The notes beneath the pieces are model-generated. The model saw nothing but the letters and a program-made list of their open reading frames with translations, made no database searches and was not told the origin of the DNA. A DNA stretch of 64,000 bases from Rothia sp. (in: high G+C Gram-positive bacteria) (GTDB lineage Bacteria; Actinomycetota; Actinomycetes; Actinomycetales; Micrococcaceae), in contig JAXDRN010000009.1 of NCBI GenBank assembly GCA_034090985.1, positions 11,563-75,562 on the forward strand, read 5' to 3'. The first letter of the stretch is position 1. Each line of letters begins with the position of its first letter. Below are positions 47,344 through 55,367 of the stretch, one piece after another. The position numbers and the translations under genes were made by a program.

Positions 47344-48303
47344 CTAGCTGGCAAAATCAATACCCTGGGCCCAGCAGGTTTCAGGCAGCTGGGTGGGCAC
47401 CCTGGAGTGGGCTAGGACGTAGTCCTCTACCGGCCAGACCTGGGCCTGGGCCTGGGGGGTGAGGGCGAAGAAGGGTGAATCTGGGGCTACCTGAGACCGG
47501 TGGGCCAGCAGGGCCTGGTCCCTGAGCTCAAAGTAAGCAGCTGAGCTGATTCTTGTAGTGGTCTGGTGCCTAGAAACTGGGGGCTGGTGGCCCTCTGGGT
47601 CTTCTTCTAGGGACAGGGCCAGCCACTGGGCGAAGGGGGACTCTAGGCCGGCGGCCTCAAGGTAGTGGTGGAAGGCTTCAACCCGGTCTAGGCTAAAGGC
47701 CCGGTCGTAGTAGATTTTTTGAACCTGCCAGGGCTCTCCAGTGCCCGGGTAGGCCTTGGGGTCCCCGGCCTTTTCAAAGGCTTCCATAGAAACCCGGTGG
47801 GTCATAATGTGGTCCGGGTGGGGGTAGCCGCCAATTTCGTCGTAGGTCAAAATCAGGTGGGGCTTGAAGTCCCTCACCAGGCGGATCAGGGGGGCTGCCG
47901 CCTGTTCTAGGGGCAGGGTGGCAAAGGAGCCAAAGGGCAGGGGTGGGGTGGGATCCCCCTCAGGTAGGCCGGAGTCTGTAAAACCGATCCAGCGGTGTTC
48001 AATACCTAGAACCTGGGCAGCCTGGGCCATTTCAGCCCGGCGAACACCAGCTAGGTCCCGGTAGGCTGCTGGGTTGGTTTCCACCTCGGGGTTGAGAATA
48101 TCGCCCCGCTCACCGCCGGTCATGGTAGCTACAAGAACCCTAGCTCCCCGGGCGGCGTAGGCGGCCATGCTGGCAGCCCCCTTGGATGATTCGTCATCGG
48201 GGTGGGCGTGTACGGCCAGGATTCTTAGGCCCCGATAGTCCTCTTTCAGGGGAGCTAGCAGGCTAGTGTCAAGACCAGATGGGTGAGAGGGGCTAAGGCT
48301 CAT
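47344..48303 (-). CDS. mca: Mycothiol S-conjugate amidase
   Basis: VHAHPDDESSKGA, TGGERG.ILNP, GFTDSGLPEG, YDEIGGYPHPDH. Confidence 0.93.
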   Translation of the reverse strand: MSLSPSHPSGLDTSLLAPLKEDYRGLRILAVHAHPDDESSKGAASMAAYAARGARVLVATMTGGERGDILNPEVETNPAAYRDLAGVRRAEMAQAAQVLGIEHRWIGFTDSGLPEGDPTPPLPFGSFATLPLEQAAAPLIRLVRDFKPHLILTYDEIGGYPHPDHIMTHRVSMEAFEKAGDPKAYPGTGEPWQVQKIYYDRAFSLDRVEAFHHYLEAAGLESPFAQWLALSLEEDPEGHQPPVSRHQTTTRISSAAYFELRDQALLAHRSQVAPDSPFFALTPQAQAQVWPVEDYVLAHSRVPTQLPETCWAQGIDFAS

Positions 48304-48447
48304 GACAGAACTCCAGTTGCTCTAGAACTAAGGTAGGGGGCTGGCGGTGAGGTATGGTAAGGAATGGAAGGGACCAAACCGCTCCTCCAATTCTACCCGC
48401 CAGCCTTCTAAGCTCGTAGCCTAGATGACGTAGTATGAAAGGCTTCC

Positions 48448-48858
48448 ATGTCTACCCCTGACCTTGCTGCCCGCTACGGGCGTTCGCAGGCTAAGGCCCC
48501 TAAGCCCCGTTCCTTCTGGTACGGCCTGACCGCCCTTGGTCTTTTACTGGCTCTGGCCTTTGTTCTCTGGATTCAGCAGGACCAAAGTAGGAACCCGGTG
48601 GGTCGGGATGTGGGCTTTACTCTCACCAGCTCCGATGAGGTCAGTATCACCTTTGAGGTGAGTAAAAGACCTGAAGACACCGCCATTTGCATCCTTAAGG
48701 CCCTCAATACGGCCGGGGCCCCCGTTGGCTGGAAAGAGGTAGCTATTGGCCCTTACACAGACCCTCAGGGCACCGGCATTTCTGTGCAGAGCACCCAGCT
48801 GCGGGTCTTAGGCCCGGCCACCACCGTGACGGTAGATAGCTGCCAGCTTGCCTCTTAG
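48448..48858 (+). CDS. DUF4307 family protein
   Basis: LAARYG N-terminus, single TM helix, two Cys; located between mca and greA. Confidence 0.72.
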   Translation: MSTPDLAARYGRSQAKAPKPRSFWYGLTALGLLLALAFVLWIQQDQSRNPVGRDVGFTLTSSDEVSITFEVSKRPEDTAICILKALNTAGAPVGWKEVAIGPYTDPQGTGISVQSTQLRVLGPATTVTVDSCQLAS

Positions 48859-49025
48859 ACCCCGGGCCCTGGCAAGGAGCTAGGCTGGAGTAGCCTTCTA
48901 GGACAGGGTAGACTTAGGCAGAAGATTTTAGGCGGCCCTCCTGCCGCCCAGCCTTACCCCTCAGCGGCTGGGGCCCTGCCCGGTCGGCCGTTTCTTAGAT
49001 TTTTAGTATTAAAGGAGTACCCCCT

Positions 49026-49526
49026 ATGGCAGAAAGCCAAGGCGCCTGGCTAACCCCCGATGCCTACGCAAAGCTACAGGCAGAGCTAGAGCATCTTTCT
49101 GGCCCCTACCGTCAGGAAATCATTGACCGTATCTCAGCAGCCCGCGATGAGGGGGACCTGAAGGAGAACGGCGGCTACCATGCGGCCCGGGAAGAGCAGG
49201 GCAAGAACGAGGGCCGCATTAAGCAGCTCAAGCACCTGCTAGAGAACGCCCAGGTCTCTGACACCCCAGCAGCCGATGACGGCGTAGTAACCTCAGGCAT
49301 GGTGGTTGAGGCTGAGATTATGGGTAAGACCATGACCTTCCTGCTCGGTTCCAGGGAGGTTGCTGACACCCTTGTAGGCGGCTCAGACCTTCAGGTCTTC
49401 TCAGAAAAGTCCCCCATGGGGGCAGCCATTAAGGGCCATAAGGTAGGGGAAGAAACCAGCTACCTTGCCCCTAACGGTAAGGAAATTCCGGTCAAGATCC
49501 TTTCGGCCACCCCCTTCCAGGGCTAA
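49026..49526 (+). CDS. greA: Transcription elongation factor GreA
   Basis: ARDEGDLKENGGYHAAREEQ, SPMGAA. Confidence 0.96.
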   Translation: MAESQGAWLTPDAYAKLQAELEHLSGPYRQEIIDRISAARDEGDLKENGGYHAAREEQGKNEGRIKQLKHLLENAQVSDTPAADDGVVTSGMVVEAEIMGKTMTFLLGSREVADTLVGGSDLQVFSEKSPMGAAIKGHKVGEETSYLAPNGKEIPVKILSATPFQG

Positions 49527-49550
49527 GGGCAGATCTCAAGGAAAAACAGA

Positions 49551-49588
49551 AGAGGCAGGCAGGTGGACTACCTGCCTGCCTCTTTTTA
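49551..49588. terminator. Terminator between greA and ilvA (probably bidirectional)
   Basis: AGAGGCAGGCAGGT/ACCTGCCTGCCTCT stem with T-run. Confidence 0.75.
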
Positions 49589-49613
49589 TTCAGCAGAAAG
49601 TAAGCTCTAGGCC

Positions 49614-50870
49614 CTAGCTGACCACAATCGGCTGGTAGCCCTGCTCCTCAAGGGCTGCAATGACCTCCTTGCAGTGGTCGGCCCCCTTCGTTTCCATATC
49701 AATGGTGATAGAAACATCTCCCATCGACAGAGCCCCGCCCAGGCGAGTGTGGTCCACACCGGTAACGTTAGCGTCGTGTTCAGAGATAATCCGGGAAATC
49801 GTGGTGAGCTCACCGGGCCGGTCGTTGAGCATCAGTTTAATGGTCATGAAACGGCCGGCTGCAGACAGACCCCTCTGAATCACCTTGAGCATGAGCATGG
49901 GGTCAATATTGCCCCCCGACAGCAGGCAGACGGTCGTGCCCAGGTTGCCGTACTTTTCCGTCAGAGACCCGCTCATCAGGGCAGCTACTGAAACTGAGCC
50001 GGCAGGCTCAACCACCAGCTTGTTCCGTTCTAGCAGGAAGATCAGGGCCCGGGCGATTTCGTCTTCAGAGACCGTATGAACGTCATCAACCAGGTTTTTG
50101 ATAATGGTGAAGGGTAGCTGGCCGGGCCTACCAACAGCAATACCGTCAGCGATGGTGGAGACCTTCTTCAGGGGCACCAGGGCATCAGCTGCGAGGGAGG
50201 GCGGGTAGGCCGCTGCGTGTTCAGCCTGCAGGCCAATAATGCGGATTTTCTTGCCCAGCTCCTTTTCCTTGGCCCGTACAGCCAGGGAAAGGCCTGCTAG
50301 CAGGCCGCCGCCGCCTACACCCACCAGGATGGTATCTACGTCTGGAACCTGTTCTAGGATTTCTAGACCTAGGGTTCCCTGGCCGGCGATGATGTCCTCA
50401 TTGTCGAAGGGGTGCACAAAGACAGCCCCACTTTCTTGGGCAAAGCGTTTGGCCTCTGCCAAAGCCTCATCAACATTCACCCCGTGCAGAACCACCTCAG
50501 CCCCGTGGGAGCGGGTCGCTGCGATCTTAGGCAGGGCAGCGCCCTGGGGCATGTAGATCCGGGCTGACAGGCCCAGGCGGGCAGCAGCTAGGGCCACACC
50601 CTGGGCGTGGTTACCTGCTGAGGCTGCCACCACCCCGGCAGCCTTTTCCTGTTCGGTAAGCTTGGCCATGCGAACGTAGGCCCCGCGCACCTTAAAGGAG
50701 CCAGAGCGCTGCAGGTTCTCGCACTTGAGATAGACTTCTGAACCGATGTATTCGCTCAGGGCCCGGGAGTGGGCTACGGGTGTGCGCTCAATAACCCCTT
50801 CCAGCAGGGCTGAGGCTTCTTCAATATCTGCGATGCTAACTGGCAGGTCAGCTGAGGTAAGTGTATGCAC
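49614..50870 (-). CDS. ilvA: Threonine ammonia-lyase with C-terminal ACT domain
   Basis: KCENLQRSGSFKVRGA, SAGNHAQG, GGGGL, VEPAG, LSGGNID; ACT DRPGEL. Confidence 0.93.
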   Translation of the reverse strand: MHTLTSADLPVSIADIEEASALLEGVIERTPVAHSRALSEYIGSEVYLKCENLQRSGSFKVRGAYVRMAKLTEQEKAAGVVAASAGNHAQGVALAAARLGLSARIYMPQGAALPKIAATRSHGAEVVLHGVNVDEALAEAKRFAQESGAVFVHPFDNEDIIAGQGTLGLEILEQVPDVDTILVGVGGGGLLAGLSLAVRAKEKELGKKIRIIGLQAEHAAAYPPSLAADALVPLKKVSTIADGIAVGRPGQLPFTIIKNLVDDVHTVSEDEIARALIFLLERNKLVVEPAGSVSVAALMSGSLTEKYGNLGTTVCLLSGGNIDPMLMLKVIQRGLSAAGRFMTIKLMLNDRPGELTTISRIISEHDANVTGVDHTRLGGALSMGDVSITIDMETKGADHCKEVIAALEEQGYQPIVVS

Positions 50871-50898
50871 CTGGTTCCTTTGGGTTGGTGGGGTGGGT

Positions 50899-52170
50899 CT
50901 AGCCCTGGCTCTTTGATCCAGCCTCAGCAGGCTGCTGGCTTGCCGCCTCTGATTCCTTGATCCTCTCTAGTCTTTCTTTGACGACCTCAGCAATGGCCTT
51001 CTTCTGAAGTCTGCGCTGTTCGTGGGGGTAGAGGAACTCCTCTTCCCGAATATCTGGGTCCTTTTCCCATTCTCGACCAGCTAGGTAGCGGATCACCGTA
51101 TTGGCGATAGCCAGGAAGGGCACAGCAAAGAGGGCCCCCACGATCCCGTAGAGCATTGATCCAGCCAGGACCGCTACCACCACAGCTAGGGGGTGAAGGG
51201 AAACGGCCTTACCCATGACCAGCGGCTGAAGGATATTGGATTCGATCTGCTGAACGATCAGAACCATAATGAGCATAATCAGGGCGTTGACCAGGCCGTT
51301 AGCCACTAGGGCCAGCAGGACTGCGATAGCGCCGGTCAGGAGGGCGCCAATGATAGGAATGAAGGAGCCTAGGAAGACCAAGACGCCCAGGGGCAGGGCC
51401 AGGGGTACTCCCAGGAAAAAGGCTGAGAGGCCAATGCCTACAGCGTCAACCCCGGCTACGAAAACCTGAACCCGAACATAGGAGACCAGGGACTTCCAGC
51501 CCTTACGCCCGGCCCCATTGACAGCCCGGCGGGAGGCCTGGGGAAAGAGCTTGACGATAAAGAGCCAGATCTTTTCACCCTCCATCAGGAAGAAAATCAG
51601 GGTGAAGAGAACAACGACGGTGCCGGTGCCCACATCAGCTGCCCTTGAGCCGAGGCTAGCTACCCCGCTGAGGATTCCACCAGCATTGTTTTGCAGGCTG
51701 CTTATGAGCTGGTTCATGTACTGGTCGATTTGGTCAGCACCCAGGTCAAAGGGCAGGTTATTGAGCATGGCTACAATCTGGTTCCAGCCCTTGACGACCT
51801 GGTCTGAGAGGGAGGCAAAGCCTGCCGTTAGCTGCTGGCCGACCATTGCAAGGAGGCCAATGACCGTAGCGATGAGGCCAACTTCAGTAATGAAGGTAGC
51901 TATGGCGGCGTGGACCTTATGGCGGCGAAGGAAATAAACCACAGGCGAGAGCAGGCCTGCTAGAAGGGCTGCAATCATGATTGATACAACGATCAGGGAG
52001 ACCTTGGCTAGGCCCCAGAAGAGACCGTAGGCCAGGAGAGCAACCAGAATGAGCCGCCAGGCCCAGGCGGCGCTAATCTCTAGGGCAAAGGGAACAGGGC
52101 TAGAAGCTGGTTTCTTCTGGGCTTCTACCTGCTCGCTAGCTGAAGGGGTAGGGGCAGTCATGCCTTCCAT
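50899..52170 (-). CDS. AI-2E family transporter
   Basis: FIPIIGA, QQIESNILQPLVMG..V.LHP, GIVGAL.AVP. Confidence 0.88.
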   Translation of the reverse strand: MEGMTAPTPSASEQVEAQKKPASSPVPFALEISAAWAWRLILVALLAYGLFWGLAKVSLIVVSIMIAALLAGLLSPVVYFLRRHKVHAAIATFITEVGLIATVIGLLAMVGQQLTAGFASLSDQVVKGWNQIVAMLNNLPFDLGADQIDQYMNQLISSLQNNAGGILSGVASLGSRAADVGTGTVVVLFTLIFFLMEGEKIWLFIVKLFPQASRRAVNGAGRKGWKSLVSYVRVQVFVAGVDAVGIGLSAFFLGVPLALPLGVLVFLGSFIPIIGALLTGAIAVLLALVANGLVNALIMLIMVLIVQQIESNILQPLVMGKAVSLHPLAVVVAVLAGSMLYGIVGALFAVPFLAIANTVIRYLAGREWEKDPDIREEEFLYPHEQRRLQKKAIAEVVKERLERIKESEAASQQPAEAGSKSQG

Positions 52171-52339
52171 CTTCCCATGTTTAGAGGCCCCCGGTCACCT
52201 GCCGAGCACCCCAGGGCAGTTTCAGGTGACTAATGTCACCGCCACTCCCCTTCTGGGCTGGCTGGGCCAGGCAGAAAAAAGGGAGGGAGGGGCTCACTTG
52301 AGCTCCTCCCCCCTTCAAGGGCTAACTAAGGGCCTTGGC

Positions 52340-53296
52340 TTAGTCGTCTGCTAGGGCCCGAACATAGTAGAGAACCCGCAGGATCTCAATGTAGAGCCAG
52401 ACCAGAGAAACAATCAGGCCAAAGGCAATCCGCCAGGATTCCCGCTCAGGCTGACCCATGCGAACAGCTTCACTGGCCTGAGTGAAGTCAAGGAGCAGGG
52501 AGTAGGTTGCCAGCAGAACGGCAAAGAGGCCAATAATCAGGCCCAGGGGAATACCCATAACCTCAACACCGCGGGCGTTGAAGTTAAAGAAGATGGAGGC
52601 TACAAAGTTAATGAGGCAGAAGACGGCGTAGGAAATCATGGCGATCATGAAGAAGCGGGTCAGCTTGGGAGTTGCCCGCACCTTGCCTGATGAGTAGAGG
52701 CCCAAGATAGTGCCAAAGACAATCAGGGTTGCCAGAACAGCCTGAACCACGATGCCCGGGTATGAGGCCTCAAAGATAGAAGAAATGCCACCAAGGAGCA
52801 GGCCTTCCATGACCGAGTAGGCCATCACTAGGGCCGGTGATACCTTCTTCTTGACGGAGTTGACGATACCAAGAACCAGACCGCCTAGAGCACCAACCAG
52901 GGCCAGGGCAGGTAGGTTCCAGGAGACCAGGGCAGCTAGAAGAACCAGACCCAGGTTCAGGCCGGTCTTCATGATGATGTCATTGATGGTAAGCCGGTTG
53001 GTCTGAACCGGCCCGGCAGTGCCGGCCCTGTACATGTCATTGAGCTGATCAGCTGAAAGCTGCTGGTTCTCATAACCGTAGGGAGCCTGCTGGCTGTAGT
53101 TACCCTGCTGGTAACCGCCGTAGGGGTTCTGGGTCTGCTGACCGTAGCCTGCCTGACCGTAGGGGTTCTGGGCCTGCTGACCGTAGCCAGCCTGACCGTA
53201 GGGGTTAGCGGTGCCAGCGCCAGCTGCACCAAACTGGCCAAAGCGGGGGTCCCCGCTGGGCTTAGTCATGCTGCTAAGAAGTGGATTGCCTGCCAC
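52340..53296 (-). CDS. Bax inhibitor-1/YccA family membrane protein
   Basis: T.NDIIMKT, YSVMEG..LG.IS, LDF, AFGL.VSLVWLYIEILR; Gln/Gly/Tyr-rich N-terminus. Confidence 0.82.
   Translation of the reverse strand: MAGNPLLSSMTKPSGDPRFGQFGAAGAGTANPYGQAGYGQQAQNPYGQAGYGQQTQNPYGGYQQGNYSQQAPYGYENQQLSADQLNDMYRAGTAGPVQTNRLTINDIIMKTGLNLGLVLLAALVSWNLPALALVGALGGLVLGIVNSVKKKVSPALVMAYSVMEGLLLGGISSIFEASYPGIVVQAVLATLIVFGTILGLYSSGKVRATPKLTRFFMIAMISYAVFCLINFVASIFFNFNARGVEVMGIPLGLIIGLFAVLLATYSLLLDFTQASEAVRMGQPERESWRIAFGLIVSLVWLYIEILRVLYYVRALADD
53118..53206. repeat. 39-bp intragenic tandem repeat (about 2.3 units; NPYGQAGYGQQAQ)
   Basis: CCGTAGGGGTTCTGGG(T/C)CTGCTGACCGTAGCC(T/A)GCCTGA repeated. Confidence 0.8.
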
Positions 53297-53404
53297 GGCT
53301 TCTAATCTCCTAGAGGTGAGTCGTTGAAAAGGTCTTGTGCTCTACCCTAACGGAAGACAGGCAGCTTGTCTTCCTATTTTTCTTAGGGCGTGAGCAGCTG
53401 CGGT

Positions 53405-54283
53405 TTAGGCGGTCAGTTCAGCTTCAAGGAAGTTCAGAACGGCCCCGTCCTTGTTCGAGCCAATGGTCAGATCGCTCACCGGGGCAAGAGCCGGGTCAGA
53501 GTGCTCCATGGCAATAGCTCGCCCTGCGTAGCTAAACATTTCAAGGTCATTGCCAGAGTCACCAAAGGCTGTAGTCTGCTCAGCCTCTAACCCCAGGTGA
53601 TCAGCCAGCCAGGCCAGGCCGTGGCCCTTATGGTTGCCCTCAATAATCAGGTCGATAGCGCCAAAGCCGCTGGAGGTAGCTGCAACCCCTGCCGGTAGGG
53701 CAGCCTGAAGTTTCTCAATGGTCTGGTAGATACCTTCAGCAGGGTCAGCGTTCAGGGCAATCTTCACCACGGTCTCGCTTATAGTGCTCGGATCATCAAT
53801 GGCTTGCGCATTAGGGTAGAAAGGACGGATAGCCGTGATGGGGTCCTGCGGGTCCCAGCCGGGCAGATCAACGCCAATCTTAGTCACCTGCTCATAGACC
53901 CTGCCAGCGATAGCTGCCAGGCGGTCACTGGGCACAAAGGAGTGCTGGCGGCAAGAGAGAATAATGCCCAGGGCTGGGAAGCCTTCTAGGGCCGTCAGGC
54001 AGTCTTGAACCAGTTCAGGGCTAAAACCCCAGAGGGCTAAATCAGTGCCCTGGTTATGAATAATGGCACCGTTCTCTGCAATATAGTAGAGGTTCTTATG
54101 CTGCTCATGCCCGGCCAGGTACTGCTCAATCTTCGGCATTTGGTTACCCGTTGCTACCGCCAGGTAGGAGCCCTGCTCAGCAAGTAGGGAAAGAACCCGA
54201 TCAAACTGCTCATGATTGTAGGTTTTGTGGTCGGTGAGCAGGGTTCCATCAAGGTCAACAGCATAGAGGTGAGGTGTCTTCAT
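53405..54283 (-). CDS. Cof-type HAD-IIB hydrolase
   Basis: AVDLDGTLL, ATG, AENGA, KGHGL, AFGDSGNDLEM; start moved to ATG 54283. Confidence 0.92.
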   Translation of the reverse strand: MKTPHLYAVDLDGTLLTDHKTYNHEQFDRVLSLLAEQGSYLAVATGNQMPKIEQYLAGHEQHKNLYYIAENGAIIHNQGTDLALWGFSPELVQDCLTALEGFPALGIILSCRQHSFVPSDRLAAIAGRVYEQVTKIGVDLPGWDPQDPITAIRPFYPNAQAIDDPSTISETVVKIALNADPAEGIYQTIEKLQAALPAGVAATSSGFGAIDLIIEGNHKGHGLAWLADHLGLEAEQTTAFGDSGNDLEMFSYAGRAIAMEHSDPALAPVSDLTIGSNKDGAVLNFLEAELTA

Positions 54284-54413
54284 AGCTTCTACTCTATCGA
54301 AAACCTGTGGGATCACAGCTACTGCCGCCCAGCTTGGCTACAAAACCCCTTAGGGACTCAAAGCTAACGTGGAAAAACTCGCAAAGGCCCTCAGAGAACA
54401 GTCCGGAGATACT

Positions 54414-54489
54414 GAAGCTTATTCATAAGGAGTTCCGCAGGCTCACGCTCGCTGTGAACCTGCTTCACCTACCCTTATGAATAAGCCTC
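54414..54489. mobile_element. Minimal MITE (76 bp)
   Basis: GAAGCTTATTCATAAGG ... CCCTTATGAATAAGCCTC; matches the reverse complement of the 16681 element with its middle deleted. Confidence 0.75.
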
Positions 54490-54493
54490 ATAT

Positions 54494-54772
54494 TCAATAT
54501 CTTCCCGACTGGGCAGCAATAACAGACGCCAGGAGAAAAGCAAACGGTATAGCAAAGACCGCCAATACTGCGCTTACAATAGCCATCTTTCTATTTTCTC
54601 CAAAGGCAAACAGGAAGAAGGATAGGGCAAAAAGAAAAGTAAGAGAGACTACCGTGATAAAAGTCTGAAAAGGAGTTTCGGTTCCCGTCAACAAAAGATA
54701 TATGTACCAAACAACAGTGGGGGCCAAAACTAGAAACCCCATGCACGAAAGAATCTTTTCTCTATTTTTCAC
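54494..54772 (-). CDS. Small 3-TM membrane protein of unknown function
   Basis: 92-aa ORF, GTG start with GGAG RBS, three hydrophobic stretches, AT-rich, between two MITEs. Confidence 0.6.
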   Translation of the reverse strand: MKNREKILSCMGFLVLAPTVVWYIYLLLTGTETPFQTFITVVSLTFLFALSFFLFAFGENRKMAIVSAVLAVFAIPFAFLLASVIAAQSGRY

Positions 54773-54839
54773 TGTTCATGCTCCATCTCAGACTTAAGGA
54801 TTCATATCTTATGCAAAGGGGTTACATACAGGATGCATG

Positions 54840-55160
54840 GAAGCTTATTCATAAGGGGTTCCGCAGGCTCACGCCTTCGCAAACTCAGGTGATTCCGCTC
54901 ACTCTTGAGTGCTGACGCACCCGCTTCGCTTCATCTACCGACTCTCTCGCCTGGTTCACTAGCTGGCTCGCAAGCTCGCCAGATTCACGCCCCGCCTTGC
55001 GGCGGATTCCGCACCCTCTTGTGTGCTACATCTTCGCTCGCCAGATGATTCACAACAGTTTCTTTTTTGCCTGCGGGCGGAAACTGTTGTTCATCCCGGT
55101 CACTTCATCCGGGCCAGCAACTTCGCTGCGAACCTGCTTCACATACCCTTATGAATTACC
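54840..55160. mobile_element. Long MITE variant (about 320 bp)
   Basis: Left end GAAGCTTATTCATAAGGGGTTCCGCAGGCTCACG; degenerate right end GAACCTGCTTCACATACCCTTATGAATTACC; internal blocks shared with the 16681 element. Confidence 0.7.
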
Positions 55161-55168
55161 ATCGATTA

Positions 55169-55255
55169 TTAAAAATGAATTACATGACAGATTCCACTGC
55201 CGCGTCAACTATGTTTCCGCTGGTTTCCATTTGACAGCAACACTTTGAGCATCAT
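55169..55255 (-). pseudogene. Second copy of the putative RiPP precursor, interrupted by TGA (MMLKVLLSNGNQRKHS*RGSGICHVIHF)
   Basis: Codon-by-codon homology to 58037-58141 with six synonymous third-position differences; TGA at 55205-55207 aligns to Arg CGA. Confidence 0.7.
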
Positions 55256-55315
55256 CGACCCTGAGTAAATATTATTTGAAAAAATGATTTAGATTATATT
55301 TGTGAAATATTTTAT

Positions 55316-55343
55316 ATTATCGCAAGATCTCCTGCTCTGTCAA
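55316..55343 (-). promoter_or_regulatory. Putative sigma70-type promoter for the second precursor copy
   Basis: TTGACA-N16-GATAAT with extended -10 TG, about 60 bp upstream of ATG 55255. Confidence 0.45.
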
Positions 55344-55367
55344 TGGGAAACTCTATTTATTTATAAT

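Noticed and set aside
54320-54413. attL/attR duplicate of the tRNA-Leu 3' end, or a further HTH gene fragment
   Set aside because: Only a 7-bp match (GGGACTC) is present; the possible fragment AQLGYKTP*GL is too short to support.
54414-55160. Repeated TTATTCATAAG motifs as a CRISPR array
   Set aside because: The copies are inverted pairs with irregular spacing that match IS ends; there are no direct repeat-spacer units and no cas genes.
55205-55207. TGA in the second precursor as selenocysteine recoding
   Set aside because: It aligns to Arg CGA rather than Cys, and no SECIS-like hairpin is evident; a C-to-T nonsense change is simpler.
54997-55248. 83-aa plus-strand ORF from the track
   Set aside because: It spans MITE sequence and the antisense of the second precursor and has no recognisable motifs.
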